A stretch of 64,000 bases of DNA. It comes from Gemmatimonadota bacterium (GTDB lineage: Bacteria; Gemmatimonadota; Gemmatimonadetes; Palauibacterales; KS3-K002). Made by a program: the position numbers and the translations under genes. Location: contig JBDHJS010000026.1 of the NCBI GenBank assembly GCA_039586795.1, forward strand, positions 1,758 to 65,757, given 5' to 3'. A model generated the notes under the pieces. That model ran no database searches. It saw nothing but the letters and a program-made list of their open reading frames with translations, and was not told the DNA's origin. Positions 1 to 10,022 of the stretch are shown here, one piece after another. How positions within the stretch are numbered: the stretch's first letter is position 1; each line of letters begins with the position of its first letter.

Positions 1-284
1 TCGGTGAAGGGCTCGGTGAGCTCACGGAGCGATTTGCCCTGCGTTACGGCGGCGTTGATGGTTCGATCATCCACGTCGGTCAGATTCCTGACCTGCACGA
101 CGTCATAGCCCTTCCACTGCAGGAAGCGACGCAGGATATCCTCGGCCAGGAACGTTCGGAAGTTGCCGATGTGGGCGCGGTCGTACACCGTAGGGCCACA
201 GGTGTACATGGTCACGCGCCCGTCCTGCAAAGGGCGGAACTCCTCAACCTGCCGGGAAAGCGTGTTGTACAGTCTCAGGGTCAT
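1..284 (-). CDS. cysS: Cysteinyl-tRNA synthetase, N-terminal part (runs off the window edge)
   Basis: Manual translation from ATG at 284: MTLRLYNTLSRQVEEFRPLQDGRVTMYTCGPTVYDRAHIGNFR...NLTDVDD (CGPTVY, HIGN and TDVDD motifs). Start overlaps the pyrF stop (TAATG). Confidence 0.95.
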   Translation of the reverse strand, partial: MTLRLYNTLSRQVEEFRPLQDGRVTMYTCGPTVYDRAHIGNFRTFLAEDILRRFLQWKGYDVVQVRNLTDVDDRTINAAVTQGKSLRELTEPFT

Positions 285-988
285 TAGACTCTGAACGACT
301 CAACAACCTGCGCGAACGCCGCCGCCGGATCCGCCGCCCGGGTGACCGAGCGCCCTACCACGATGAAGTCGGCGCCCGCACGCGCGGCGTCGGCGGGAGT
401 GGCGTAGCGGCTCTGATCGGCGGGGTCATCACCGGGAAGGCGAATCCCGGGTGTCACGACCATCAGAGCATCGCCATGGCTCCGTTTGATCGGCTTCACT
501 TCGGTCGGTGAGGCCACCACCCCCGGCAAGCCGACGGATCGGGCGATGCCGGCCAGTCGGACAACCTCATCGACGATGGACACAGGGGAGCGGCCGAAAA
601 CGTGCTCCACGTCTTCGGTAGCGAGCGACGTCAAGAGCGTTACCGCGACAACGGTCGGCCCGTCAGGCCCCGCCGCTTCAAGTGCAGCGGCCAGCATGGC
701 CTCGCCGCCGGACGCGTGGACGGTCAGCATTTGCACTCCGTAGCGCTTCGCGGCTCGAACGGCTCCCGCCACGGTATTCGGGATATCGTGATATTTCAGA
801 TCGAGGAAGACACGCTTGCCACGCTTGTGTATCTCGTCGACGAGCGTCGGTCCAGTTTCTGAAAACAGCTGGGCGCCCACCTTGAAGATCGTGGCTTCGG
901 CGCCCAACTGATCCACCAGCTGGAGAGCTTCCTTTCGCTCAGGTACATCGAGCGCGACGATCACGCGGTCCTTCGTATTCTCAGGCAT
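284..988 (-). CDS. pyrF: Orotidine-5'-phosphate decarboxylase
   Basis: IVALD, FKVG, FLDLKYHDIPNTV, VTPGIR and VVGR motifs; pyr gene context. Confidence 0.97.
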   Translation of the reverse strand: MPENTKDRVIVALDVPERKEALQLVDQLGAEATIFKVGAQLFSETGPTLVDEIHKRGKRVFLDLKYHDIPNTVAGAVRAAKRYGVQMLTVHASGGEAMLAAALEAAGPDGPTVVAVTLLTSLATEDVEHVFGRSPVSIVDEVVRLAGIARSVGLPGVVASPTEVKPIKRSHGDALMVVTPGIRLPGDDPADQSRYATPADAARAGADFIVVGRSVTRAADPAAAFAQVVESFRV

Positions 989-1050
989 ATGAGCCCCGTA
1001 ATGACAAACGTTCGACTTACGACGGCCAGGTCAGATTGAGTTCGTCCGGC

Positions 1051-1965
1051 TCAAGTCTGCAGAGCGCCGACGAGCTCGGAAATCCTCTTCACGCCTAGCC
1101 TGTCGCAAAAATCGTACAATCCTCTGACCGTGTCGGGCGCCGATTGTGGATCGGTGAACATAGCGGTTCCGATCTGAACCAGCGAAGCGCCGGCGAGGAT
1201 GTACTCCATTGCATCTTTAGCGTCGCAAATACCGCCGATGCCGATGACCGGGATATCGACCTTGGACGCCGCCTTCCAAGTCGAGTAGACCCCCATCGGG
1301 CGGATCGCCGGACCGCTGATTCCGCCGGTAACATTCCCGATGACGGGTCGCCGTGCCTCGACATCGATCACCATCCCTGGGAGGGTGTTTATCGCGCTCA
1401 GACCGTCCGCGCCGTTCGCTTCGCAGATTTGAGCGAACACGCCGATATCGGCCACGTTGGGCGATAGCTTCACCACGAGCGGCCGGGCGGTGACGGGGCG
1501 CAAAGCGCCCACCAATTGGGCGAGGGCTTTTTCATCCGTGCCGAACATGGTGCCGCCTTTGACGTTCGGGCACGACACGTTGATCTCGTAACCGAGAAAC
1601 CCCTCCTCATCCTCGAGACCGGAGACAACCTCCACATAGTCTTCCACGCTACGCCCGGCGACGTTGATCAACACCCTGGCGTGCCGGAGGTTCTCGCGAA
1701 TCCACGGCATCTTTTCTCGCTTGAAACCCTCGAGGCCAAGGTTCGCCAAGCCGATGGAGTTGATCATTCCCGCCGGCGTCTCGGTGATGCGCGTCGGAGG
1801 GTTGCCGGCTCGCGGCTCCGGCGTCACCGCTTTCGTGACGATCCCCCCAAGTTCATCCACGGCGATGATCCGCGCGTACTCCTCACCGTATCCGCACGTC
1901 CCGGACGCCAGGAGCACCGGGTTTTGGAACGTCACGCCAAAAACCTCTTGACTCAGGTCTACCAT
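1051..1965 (-). CDS. pyrD: Dihydroorotate dehydrogenase 1B, catalytic subunit
   Basis: NPVLLASGT, NSIGLAN, EINVSCPNV, VKLSPN, AINT and GGISG motifs. Start taken as MVDLSQ at 1965. Confidence 0.95.
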   Translation of the reverse strand: MVDLSQEVFGVTFQNPVLLASGTCGYGEEYARIIAVDELGGIVTKAVTPEPRAGNPPTRITETPAGMINSIGLANLGLEGFKREKMPWIRENLRHARVLINVAGRSVEDYVEVVSGLEDEEGFLGYEINVSCPNVKGGTMFGTDEKALAQLVGALRPVTARPLVVKLSPNVADIGVFAQICEANGADGLSAINTLPGMVIDVEARRPVIGNVTGGISGPAIRPMGVYSTWKAASKVDIPVIGIGGICDAKDAMEYILAGASLVQIGTAMFTDPQSAPDTVRGLYDFCDRLGVKRISELVGALQT

Positions 1966-2759
1966 CTCAGCCGCTCGGCCGTGAACACGGGTCCGTCTGT
2001 GCACACCAGGCTGTAGGAGTCCTTGCCGGTGGCCGGGTCGACCGTCTCGATCGCGCAGCCGATACAGGCGCCCATGCCGCAAGCCATGTGCTCCTCGACG
2101 GCGAGCTGACAGGGAACGCCGGCCTCCATGGCCAGCGACCGTACCGCCTTGAGCATGGGCGTCGGGCCGCAGGTGAGCACCAGGTCAACCGCTCCAAGAT
2201 CCATCCCTTCAGTCACCAGCCCCTTCCGACCAACGCTGCCGTCCTCGGTATAGACGATGGCGTCGAGGCCGGTGAGTTCGCGGATCTTGTCCGGGTTGAA
2301 CACCGCCGCGCCGAACCGCTCCCCGTAAAGGAGCTGCACCCTGGCCTCGGGAGCCTGCTGGCTGGTCCAGTCCGGAAGCATGAGAAAGGGCGCCAGGCCG
2401 ACACCGCCTGCCACACAGAGGATGTTGCGGGCGCCGCCAAGCTGGAAACGGGTACCCAGCGGCCCGAGCAACAGCGCCTCATCACCGGGGCGCAACTGAG
2501 TAATGCTCCGCGAGCCCTCGCCGTAGGCCCGAATGAGCAACCCAACCCGCTCATCCCGGATCGAAGCCACACTGTTGGGCCGCGGAAGGAACGGCACGCC
2601 CCGATTTCGCGCCCCGAATCCGACCATCACGAATTGCCCCGGCTCGGCCGATCGCGCGATGTCCGCCGCGTCGAATTCGAGCCAGAATGTACTTTCCGCC
2701 GTCTGCTCTCGAGCTTCCACCCTGCACCAGCTGCGGATCACATCAAACTCCCTTGCCAC
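1959..2759 (-). CDS. pyrK: Dihydroorotate dehydrogenase electron-transfer subunit
   Basis: PGQFVM, GGVGLAP, CGPTPM and MACGMGACIGC...VCTDGPVF (2Fe-2S) motifs; adjacent to pyrD. Confidence 0.93.
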   Translation of the reverse strand: MAREFDVIRSWCRVEAREQTAESTFWLEFDAADIARSAEPGQFVMVGFGARNRGVPFLPRPNSVASIRDERVGLLIRAYGEGSRSITQLRPGDEALLLGPLGTRFQLGGARNILCVAGGVGLAPFLMLPDWTSQQAPEARVQLLYGERFGAAVFNPDKIRELTGLDAIVYTEDGSVGRKGLVTEGMDLGAVDLVLTCGPTPMLKAVRSLAMEAGVPCQLAVEEHMACGMGACIGCAIETVDPATGKDSYSLVCTDGPVFTAERLRW

Positions 2760-2792
2760 TAAAACGGTTTTGCATGATTGTGGTCGCCGATC

Positions 2793-4253
2793 CTACACCC
2801 CGCCCTCCGTCGTCCGGTTTCTCACTTCCTGATCGGCCTGTCTCTCCAAGCGCTCCATTCGGGTTTGCAGTCCCTGCTCCAACTGTTCGTACGAAAACTC
2901 CGATCCAGATTCGCCGGTCAGGGCCAGCACGTACGCCGAGTCAGCGTAGTCCTCCGAAAGGCGTCGTCGCAACTCGTCTGCGCTGGGGTCACGGGAATCT
3001 AGATCGCTTAGATCCAACGCCGCCAGAATGGCTTTCGGCGCCCAGAACGCCGTGGGCTGCTCGTCCGCGTACATCAGGAAGAAGGTCCGGGCGAGGACGG
3101 GGTTCTCGAGCTCGTCGCGCACTGCCTCGGCTGCCATCAGATACCCAATGTCGCCAGACTCCAGCCAGAAGTCGATGCGGATCAGAGTGTCTCGAATTCG
3201 GATCACATCGCGGCTGGAGCGCGCGGCCATCGAGCGAGACATGCGCATCATGGTCGCCTGGTAGCCATCCAATTCTTCCGGAACCGTGACCGTTCTAAGC
3301 TGCATCCGGACCACCGCCACATCGGCATCGGCCGCTGCCACCGACTGCGACGAGATGTCACGCACGAGTTGATAGTCAGCCAACCCCTCCTCGATGAGTC
3401 CGATCTCGACCTTCATGTCGCCGCGCAGCTTCACCATTCGGGCCCGCTGATCCCGCGGCAGATCGGACGTCCCGACTTCCGCCAGTGCCATGATGCCGGT
3501 TTCCGGGCTGATGGTCGCAAGAAACTCCACGACCGCCAGGACTTCTCGCTGCTCCAGATCGTTCAACGGTAGGCGGAGCAGCTCGGCAACTTCGGCGGCC
3601 GCGTCGTCGCCACGGCCAATTCCGACCAGCAGGCGGACACGGTCGAGACGGGGGTCTACCCATTCCGGGCGTAGTTCGGACGCCGCCGCAAGGTCGGAGT
3701 CGGCTTCGGTCTCGAGCCGCAATGCCATGCGCGCTCTGCCACGACTCAGATAGAAGTCGGCGCGAACGTCATCATCCTCAACCCCTGCCAGGGCGATGGT
3801 CAGCAGCGAATCCGCCCGGGCAACGTCTCCCAGATAGAGCTGTGCCGTGCCCAGATAGCCAGCGACCTCGACACTATCACGGTGCGAGTTGGCGTACCCC
3901 AGCAGCTGTACGGCGGCCTCAGCGGCCTCCGGCCACTGCTCGAGCAGGATGCGAGCGCGGACGACCAAACGCAGCGCATCGTCGGCCCAGCGGCTGTCGG
4001 GCTTCTCGCGGACGATCTTGTCTGCTTTCTGGATGGCCTCGCTCAGCAGCGACTGACCGGCACCCGCTCGGCCCGCCTCCAGGTCGCTCACGCCCTGCGA
4101 GTAGAGCCGATTCGCGTTGTAGAGCTGATTAAAGTAGACGCACCCGGCCGTGGCGCTGAGCGCCAGGGAAACGACGATGACGCGGAGTGCTGAAGAGGAA
4201 GGGCCTCGACTACTGTCCGCCTGAGTCGTACGAAGACCAGACCCGCCGACCAT
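2793..4253 (-). CDS. TPR-repeat putative lipoprotein
   Basis: Hydrophobic stretch ending TAGC, then VYFNQLYNA, PDSRWADDA and helical Ala/Leu-rich TPR-like repeats. Start uncertain (ATG 4253 or upstream). Confidence 0.65.
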   Translation of the reverse strand: MVGGSGLRTTQADSSRGPSSSALRVIVVSLALSATAGCVYFNQLYNANRLYSQGVSDLEAGRAGAGQSLLSEAIQKADKIVREKPDSRWADDALRLVVRARILLEQWPEAAEAAVQLLGYANSHRDSVEVAGYLGTAQLYLGDVARADSLLTIALAGVEDDDVRADFYLSRGRARMALRLETEADSDLAAASELRPEWVDPRLDRVRLLVGIGRGDDAAAEVAELLRLPLNDLEQREVLAVVEFLATISPETGIMALAEVGTSDLPRDQRARMVKLRGDMKVEIGLIEEGLADYQLVRDISSQSVAAADADVAVVRMQLRTVTVPEELDGYQATMMRMSRSMAARSSRDVIRIRDTLIRIDFWLESGDIGYLMAAEAVRDELENPVLARTFFLMYADEQPTAFWAPKAILAALDLSDLDSRDPSADELRRRLSEDYADSAYVLALTGESGSEFSYEQLEQGLQTRMERLERQADQEVRNRTTEGGV

Positions 4254-5370
4254 ATTCCGCCAGGTAGAGTACAACCGCATCGGCCAACGCATCTGCTATC
4301 TTCGCTCGGTACGAGGAGGACCGCAACAGCGCCTCCTCCTCGCGGTTGGAGAGGAAGCCGACTTCGACAAGCGCGGCGGGCATGGTCGCGTTGGCCAGCA
4401 CGATGAACCCTGCTTGCTTCACACCAAGGCTGGGCGCGCTCACGGACACCATCAGGCTCTGGTCGATAGCCGACGCAAAGAGCCGCGACTCCTGTAGGTT
4501 GCCGGCCGACTGAAGATCGCTGAGTATGAATTGGAGAGGCTCGAGAACGTCCTCCGGGGTATCGGTTTCGAACTCCAGAGCTGAGTTCTCCCTCATGGCG
4601 ACCTGGCGCGCGTGTTCCGTTTTGGCGACCGCCAGGAAATACGTTTCGACCCCGCGCGTGTCGCTCGGCTTCTTTGGCATCGAGTTCGCGTGTATCGAGA
4701 GAAAGAGGTCCGGCGGCTCAGCCATGCCACGGACCTGCGTGATGCCCGGACGGTCCGCAAAGGATATTAGCGTATCTCGATCACGGGTGAGCACCACCTG
4801 AATGTCGCGCTCGCCTTCCAGCCGCTTGGCAACCTCCCCCGCGATATCCAGGACGATGTCCTTCTCGCGTGTGCCGCGGAGGCCTACGGTACCCGGGTCC
4901 GCTCCACCGTGACCCGCGTCCAGGACCACGACCCAACGGTCGCGCTCCGGGCGACGCACCGTCGCCGGCGGTCGCTCGACCAACCGGCCATCCAGATATC
5001 GCCAGCGCTGGGACCGCGCGCTCGGCAGCCAATTCAGAGCCCAGCTGACCGGGACCATCAGGTCGGGGCCGTTGCCGTAGGTCGAGTTCGGGAGCTGGTA
5101 GACCCGGTCGCCATCCCGGAAGAACGGCGAGCCCGAGGCGAACACCACCAGATCCCCATCAAGATCCATCGCGCTACCCGCCCAGACATAGCCAAGCGCT
5201 TTCGCGAGATCGGAACCGTGCGCCGCGGCGTACCCCTGCTCCCAGGCCACCGGCACTGAGTAGGCGCGCCCGTTACGCACGACGACAAGCTGGTCGGCGG
5301 GCGCCGGGACCAGCCCAACCACCCCCGCAAGCACTGCTATCAACAGCACACTACCTTGCCTTCCGCGCAC
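4210..5370 (-). CDS. N-acetylmuramoyl-L-alanine amidase (Amidase_3, AmiC-like)
   Basis: Signal peptide; VVLDAGHGG.DPG, EKD, FLSIHANS and LVEVGFLSN Zn-amidase motifs. Confidence 0.92.
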   Translation of the reverse strand: MRGRQGSVLLIAVLAGVVGLVPAPADQLVVVRNGRAYSVPVAWEQGYAAAHGSDLAKALGYVWAGSAMDLDGDLVVFASGSPFFRDGDRVYQLPNSTYGNGPDLMVPVSWALNWLPSARSQRWRYLDGRLVERPPATVRRPERDRWVVVLDAGHGGADPGTVGLRGTREKDIVLDIAGEVAKRLEGERDIQVVLTRDRDTLISFADRPGITQVRGMAEPPDLFLSIHANSMPKKPSDTRGVETYFLAVAKTEHARQVAMRENSALEFETDTPEDVLEPLQFILSDLQSAGNLQESRLFASAIDQSLMVSVSAPSLGVKQAGFIVLANATMPAALVEVGFLSNREEEALLRSSSYRAKIADALADAVVLYLAEYGRRVWSSYDSGGQ

Positions 5371-5809
5371 GCCTCACCTCTCGTTCCGCCTCACGACGCT
5401 TGATATCCTCGCGCTTGTCCCGATGCTTCTTCCCCTGCGCCAAAGCCAGCGTCACCTTCGCCACACCGTCCCGGAAATAGATCTCCAACGGGATCAGCGT
5501 CAGCCCGGCTTGTTCCACCTTGCCGATCAGGCGCCGAATCTCTTGCCTGTGCAACAACAGCTTGCGGCGCCGTTTGTGGTCGTGAGCCTCCGGGCCCGCC
5601 GGGCCATATGTCCCGATGTGGAGATTGTGGAGCCAGACCTCCCCTCTCTCCAGTCGGGCGTACGAGTCGGACAGGCTCGCGTTCCCTTCGCGAAGCGACT
5701 TGACCTCGCTGCCCAGGAGCACCAATCCGGCCTCTAATTCCTCCAGGATCTGGTACTCGTGGCGGGCCTTCCGATTCCGGGCGACTAGCTTACGGCTCTC
5801 CTTGGACAT
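5351..5809 (-). CDS. smpB: SsrA-binding protein SmpB
   Basis: NRKARHEY, EAGLVLLGSEVKSLR, RRKLLLH and GKK..DKR motifs. Confidence 0.97.
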   Translation of the reverse strand: MSKESRKLVARNRKARHEYQILEELEAGLVLLGSEVKSLREGNASLSDSYARLERGEVWLHNLHIGTYGPAGPEAHDHKRRRKLLLHRQEIRRLIGKVEQAGLTLIPLEIYFRDGVAKVTLALAQGKKHRDKREDIKRREAEREVRRARKAR

Positions 5810-5845
5810 AGGAAATTACGGCTGGAGGACTTCGGGGGTGCACTT

Positions 5846-5874
5846 ATTATGTTAAATGAAGCGGCAGCGCGCAA
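5846..5874 (-). promoter_or_regulatory. Sigma70-like promoter for smpB
   Basis: Minus strand TTGCGC-N17-CATAAT about 35 nt upstream of the smpB start. Confidence 0.55.
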
Positions 5875-5881
5875 GTCACTT

Positions 5882-6913
5882 CTATTCCAGCACTTCCATC
5901 TGCAGGCGCCTCACCCTCCGCAGTTCGTGAACCTGGGCGACTTCCGCGCCCAGCACGAACACGATAGACAGATAGTATAGCCAAACGACGACAACGACGA
6001 GAGTGGCGATACCGCCGTAGATCGACCCGTAATCGGCCACCTGGGTCAGGTACAGAGCGAACGCGAACTTCAGAATCTCCCAGCAGATCGCGGTGAAGAG
6101 GGACGCGGCGACGGCCATGCGCCACGGCACGCGGCGCGCCGGAACGTACTTGTAGAGGAGCAGAAAGAGTAGGAAGATGAAGGCAAACGCCGTCACCTGG
6201 GCGTAGGCCCTCTCGACCATGCCCACATGCTCCGGCGAGAGGCCCAGGAAATCGAATCCGCGAGCCTTCGCCAGATTGATGACAACCGTGATACCGATGT
6301 TGAGAATGATCAATACGCTGGAAACCAACACCATCTCCGCGTCGAAGATCTTGCCCTGGATGATGCCACGAGCCTGCCGCAGATCGAAGACTTCGCGCAG
6401 GACGGCGCGTATCGAGCCGAACAGCCGCGTGGCGAACCAGACGAAGAGAACGAAGCTGATCAGCCCGATGGCCTGGCCGCGATCGACCGCCCAGCCGATC
6501 ACCTCTTCCGGTAGGTTCCTTTCGCCGGTCCCTCCCTCTCCCATGACCGGGACGATCAGGTCGAGGTACTGTCGCATTTGTTCGATGGGCTCGATACCAG
6601 CCGACTGCGCCGCTCGCTCGAGCGTCAGGCTGAGAAGGGAAACGACGATGAACAAGAAAGGGACGGCGGCGACGAGAATGCTGAAGGTAAGGCCACTTGC
6701 AAGGACAAACACGTTGTCGTCCTCCGCCTTCTCGAAGACGCGGACGAAGTAGTCCTTGAACGTGGACCAGCCCGCGGACAGAAGCCGCCACGTCTTTGCC
6801 AAGAGGTGGACGCAGTAGTTTCTGGCGCTGATCCAACGCGTGGACAGGAGTCGCCCCGCCCCCGCAAGCCATGAAACGGAGCGCGGGGACGGTTTGGCTT
6901 TGGACTCACTCAA
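5882..6913 (-). CDS. YihY/BrkB family membrane protein
   Basis: Several TM helices; LASGLTF, LYKYVP, YGSIYG...VVWLYY...LGAE motifs. Confidence 0.9.
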   Translation of the reverse strand: MSESKAKPSPRSVSWLAGAGRLLSTRWISARNYCVHLLAKTWRLLSAGWSTFKDYFVRVFEKAEDDNVFVLASGLTFSILVAAVPFLFIVVSLLSLTLERAAQSAGIEPIEQMRQYLDLIVPVMGEGGTGERNLPEEVIGWAVDRGQAIGLISFVLFVWFATRLFGSIRAVLREVFDLRQARGIIQGKIFDAEMVLVSSVLIILNIGITVVINLAKARGFDFLGLSPEHVGMVERAYAQVTAFAFIFLLFLLLYKYVPARRVPWRMAVAASLFTAICWEILKFAFALYLTQVADYGSIYGGIATLVVVVVWLYYLSIVFVLGAEVAQVHELRRVRRLQMEVLE

Positions 6914-6941
6914 AGCGAAAGCGCTTTTGACCTAACCGCGA

Positions 6942-7349
6942 TCAGGCCTCGCCGGACCCGTCTTCGGACTCGCCCTCGGCAAGCTGCTCACCCAGTTCAG
7001 TGCGAGCGGCCTTCGCCGCCTTCTTGCCAGCGTCGATCGCCTGCTGGGCGCGAGTGCGGCCCTCGGACACCTTATCCTTGGCGAACTCGTACTTCTCCTC
7101 CACCTGACGCCGGCCCGTATCCAGGGCCTCGCTCAGGGTGTCTTGCAGTTCGCCGACCTTCTCCTCAGCTACGTCACGTAGCTTGCGCGCGCGCTCCTTC
7201 AACTCTTGCTGCGTCTCGGCGCCGGACTTGGGCGCCAGCAGCAGTGCCGCGGCCGCGCCCACGAGCGCACCCCAAACGAAGGGGAACAGCCCCGAGCCGC
7301 TCCGCTCGATCACCACGTAGGGGACGCCGTCATCATCGTAGTCACGCAT
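6942..7349 (-). CDS. YtxH-domain protein
   Basis: FVWGALVGAAAALLLAPKSGAETQ followed by a charged helical region. Confidence 0.88.
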   Translation of the reverse strand: MRDYDDDGVPYVVIERSGSGLFPFVWGALVGAAAALLLAPKSGAETQQELKERARKLRDVAEEKVGELQDTLSEALDTGRRQVEEKYEFAKDKVSEGRTRAQQAIDAGKKAAKAARTELGEQLAEGESEDGSGEA

Positions 7350-7394
7350 GCGAACTTCCTTTCTATCAGACCGTTCTGGTACGCGTTCGCCAAC

Positions 7395-7649
7395 TCAGCT
7401 ATCACGAAGAACGCGTCGCAACTCTTCCATGTTCACCGGCCGGCGCAGAGCGATCTGCGTCGAACCGCCCTCTACCGTCGCCTCTGACGAGCCTTCTCCA
7501 TACACTACGAATTCCGCAGCGAAATCGTTTGCCGCCTTACTTACAGAATCGGCGACCCGGACTTCGTGGCCACCGCTCGATAGGGCCCGCGCCAATGCGT
7601 CCCGGAATGGACCAGCCTTATCGACCAGGAGAATACGCAGGGACGCCAT
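7395..7649 (-). CDS. Small degenerate (pseudo-)receiver-domain protein
   Basis: RILLVD...RDALARALSSGGHEV at the N-terminus and RRPVNMEEL...L at the C-terminus resemble the ends of a REC domain; 84 aa. Confidence 0.5.
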   Translation of the reverse strand: MASLRILLVDKAGPFRDALARALSSGGHEVRVADSVSKAANDFAAEFVVYGEGSSEATVEGGSTQIALRRPVNMEELRRVLRDS

Positions 7650-7744
7650 TCGAGCAGGCCTCGCGAGACAGCGATCCGGGGGAGGTACGGCTAACGGTAA
7701 AAGGTAAGATAGGAAGCGGCTGGCGGGCAGACAATGTTGGATTC

Positions 7745-7772
7745 GACAGCCGACAGCGGACAGCCGGCTGTT
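7745..7772. repeat. Intergenic heptamer repeats with an inverted copy
   Basis: GACAGCC GACAGCG GACAGCC GGCTGTT. Confidence 0.7.
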
Positions 7773-7775
7773 ATA

Positions 7776-8552
7776 TCAGATAACCACGACTAATCCGTCG
7801 AAGGCGGGCTCCACCCCGGCAGGCAGCCTCTCGAGCAATTCCTTGTACTCGAGCCGGTGCGTCAGGTGGGTCAGGTAGGCCCGCTTGGCGCCGACGCTTT
7901 GGATCGCCTCCAGCGCCTCTTCAACATTGAAATGAGTTGGGTGCGGATTGCCCCACCACAGAGTGTTGATCACGAGCACTTCTACACCTTCGAGGACTTC
8001 CATTGCCTCCGGAGGAATGGTCTTGCCATCAACGATCACCCCGAGCGCTCCTATCCGGAAACCGAACGACCGCGTTCGACCGTGGGGAAAGGCCAGCGGC
8101 GTGAGACGGAAGCCGGCTATGTCGAGCTCGTCTCCCGCCTCGAACGTGCTCAGTTCGATGTCGGGCGCGCTGGTCTCCGGGATCGGCTGGATCGCGTCGT
8201 CGAAGATATAGTCGAAGCGCTGGCGCAGCTCACGTTCGTGCTCTAGCGCGACGTACATGGGCAAAGCACGACCGCCCCGGAGACTGAAGATTCGTAGATC
8301 GTCGATCCCGTGTACGTGGTCGGCATGGAGATGCGTGATGAAGACGGCGTCGACGCTGGCGACATCCGCCGCCAGCAATTGCAGTCGAAGTTCAGGGGGA
8401 GTGTCCACCAGCAGCACGCGATCTTCATCGCGGAGAAGCATGCTATGCCTGGACCGCCGGTTTCTCGAATCACCCGACCGGCACACCGGACAACCGCAAC
8501 CGACCACCGGCACGCCGAAGCTGGTGCCCGTTCCGAGGAAATGAAGTTGCAT
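7776..8552 (-). CDS. MBL-fold phosphodiesterase (PhnP/YycJ-like)
   Basis: FLGTGTSFGVPVVGCGCPVC, THLHADHVHG and LTHLTH motifs. Start ATG 8552. Confidence 0.9.
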   Translation of the reverse strand: MQLHFLGTGTSFGVPVVGCGCPVCRSGDSRNRRSRHSMLLRDEDRVLLVDTPPELRLQLLAADVASVDAVFITHLHADHVHGIDDLRIFSLRGGRALPMYVALEHERELRQRFDYIFDDAIQPIPETSAPDIELSTFEAGDELDIAGFRLTPLAFPHGRTRSFGFRIGALGVIVDGKTIPPEAMEVLEGVEVLVINTLWWGNPHPTHFNVEEALEAIQSVGAKRAYLTHLTHRLEYKELLERLPAGVEPAFDGLVVVI

Positions 8553-8554
8553 CG

Positions 8555-9991
8555 TCAAACCGTTTCTATGCGCACCATGTTGGTGGTACCGCGAACGTCG
8601 AAGGGCATCCCGGCGGTTACGGGAACGCGGTCGCCCTCCACCGCCAGCCCGCGCCGCAAGAGCTCCGCGCGAGCCGTTTCCCACATGCTCTCGTAGCTCG
8701 ACTCACTTCTGTGGACGACGGGGACGACGCCCCAAATCAGAGCAAGCTGGTTGTAGACCTTCTCGTTGTCGGTCACCGTGAGCACCTGGACCGGCGGTCG
8801 CCGAGACGAGACGACCCGAGCGGTATGGCCGCTCTTGCTGAACGTGACCACCGCAGGCGCCCGCGTGGCACGTACCGCTTCGATCGTCGCGCACGCCACC
8901 GCCACCTCGGTACTGGCCGCCCGGGTATCGACCGACAGCGAAGGAACGTCGTACGGAGGCGCTCCCGTCAGGAGCGTGCTCGTGCTCTCTACCTCACGGA
9001 CCACACGAGTAAGCGCCTGCACTACCGCGACCGGGTGCGCGCCAACCGCAGTCTCCGCCGACAACATCACCGCGTCGGTACCATCGAGAATGGCGTTCGC
9101 CGCGTCGGACACCTCGGCTCGCGTCGGGCGCGGTCGCTCGATCATCGACTCCAACATCTCAGTCGCCACCGCGACCGGGCAGAACAGCGCGTTGGCGGCT
9201 CGCACGATCCGCTTCTGGGCCAGTGGCACTTTCTCGAACGGCAACTCGGTCCCCAGGTCGCCCCGGGCGACGACGCACGAGTCCGACGCTTGGAGTATCG
9301 CATCGAGATCTTCTATCGCCGAGTCTTTCTCGATCTTCGTCATGATCAGAACATCATCACGCAACCGTTGCCGCAGCTCGCGCACATGATCGGCGGATCG
9401 GGCGAACGATAGGGCCACATAGTCCGCGTCGATCTCCAACGCCAGTTCGATGTCCGCAATGTCTTTCTCGGTGAGGGCGGGAGCGCTCACTCGCACGCCG
9501 GGCAGGTTGATGCCTTTGCCGCTGGACACCGTGCCACCCACCGCAACCTCGGCCATGACACGGCCCCGGGAGACGCGGGTAACGTTCAGCTCAACCCTCC
9601 CGTCATTGATCAGGATCGGGTCGCCCGCTGATACGTCGTCAGCCAGTGCCGAATAGGTCGTCGGCAGTTCACCCGTCGATGCCCCTCTTTCGGGCGCAAA
9701 GGTTACCGTGTCGCCTGCGCTGAGCTCCACCGGAGCGCTAAGTCGACCGATCCGGATTTTCGGGCCCTGCAGGTCGACGAGGAGGGCGACAGGCCTCCCA
9801 GTCTCGACCGCGCATTGCCGCACATCGCGAGCGATCTTGCGGGCCTCGTCCGCATGAGTATGCGACATGTTGATTCGGGCCATGCTCATTCCCGCCTCGC
9901 ACAGCCCGCGTAGCGTGGCCCGATCGGATGAGGCCGGCCCGATCGTGCAGACGATCTTCGTCTTCAGGGTGCTGTCAGCGCCTGTGATCAT
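8555..9991 (-). CDS. pyk: Pyruvate kinase
   Basis: KTKIVCTIGPAS, DLQGPKIR, KGINLPG, VARGDLG, ATEMLESM, PTRAE and DAVMLSAETA motifs. Confidence 0.97.
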   Translation of the reverse strand: MITGADSTLKTKIVCTIGPASSDRATLRGLCEAGMSMARINMSHTHADEARKIARDVRQCAVETGRPVALLVDLQGPKIRIGRLSAPVELSAGDTVTFAPERGASTGELPTTYSALADDVSAGDPILINDGRVELNVTRVSRGRVMAEVAVGGTVSSGKGINLPGVRVSAPALTEKDIADIELALEIDADYVALSFARSADHVRELRQRLRDDVLIMTKIEKDSAIEDLDAILQASDSCVVARGDLGTELPFEKVPLAQKRIVRAANALFCPVAVATEMLESMIERPRPTRAEVSDAANAILDGTDAVMLSAETAVGAHPVAVVQALTRVVREVESTSTLLTGAPPYDVPSLSVDTRAASTEVAVACATIEAVRATRAPAVVTFSKSGHTARVVSSRRPPVQVLTVTDNEKVYNQLALIWGVVPVVHRSESSYESMWETARAELLRRGLAVEGDRVPVTAGMPFDVRGTTNMVRIETV

Positions 9992-10022
9992 TCAGGTAAG
10001 TTCGACGACGCGGACAAACGCG

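Noticed and set aside
5810-5881. Possible ssrA (tmRNA) next to smpB
   Set aside because: The gap is only about 70 nt and holds a promoter; the other side overlaps the amidase gene.
5847-6872. 341-aa alternative-frame ORF overlapping yihY
   Set aside because: Arg/Gly/Pro-rich off-frame translation; the YihY frame carries the family motifs.
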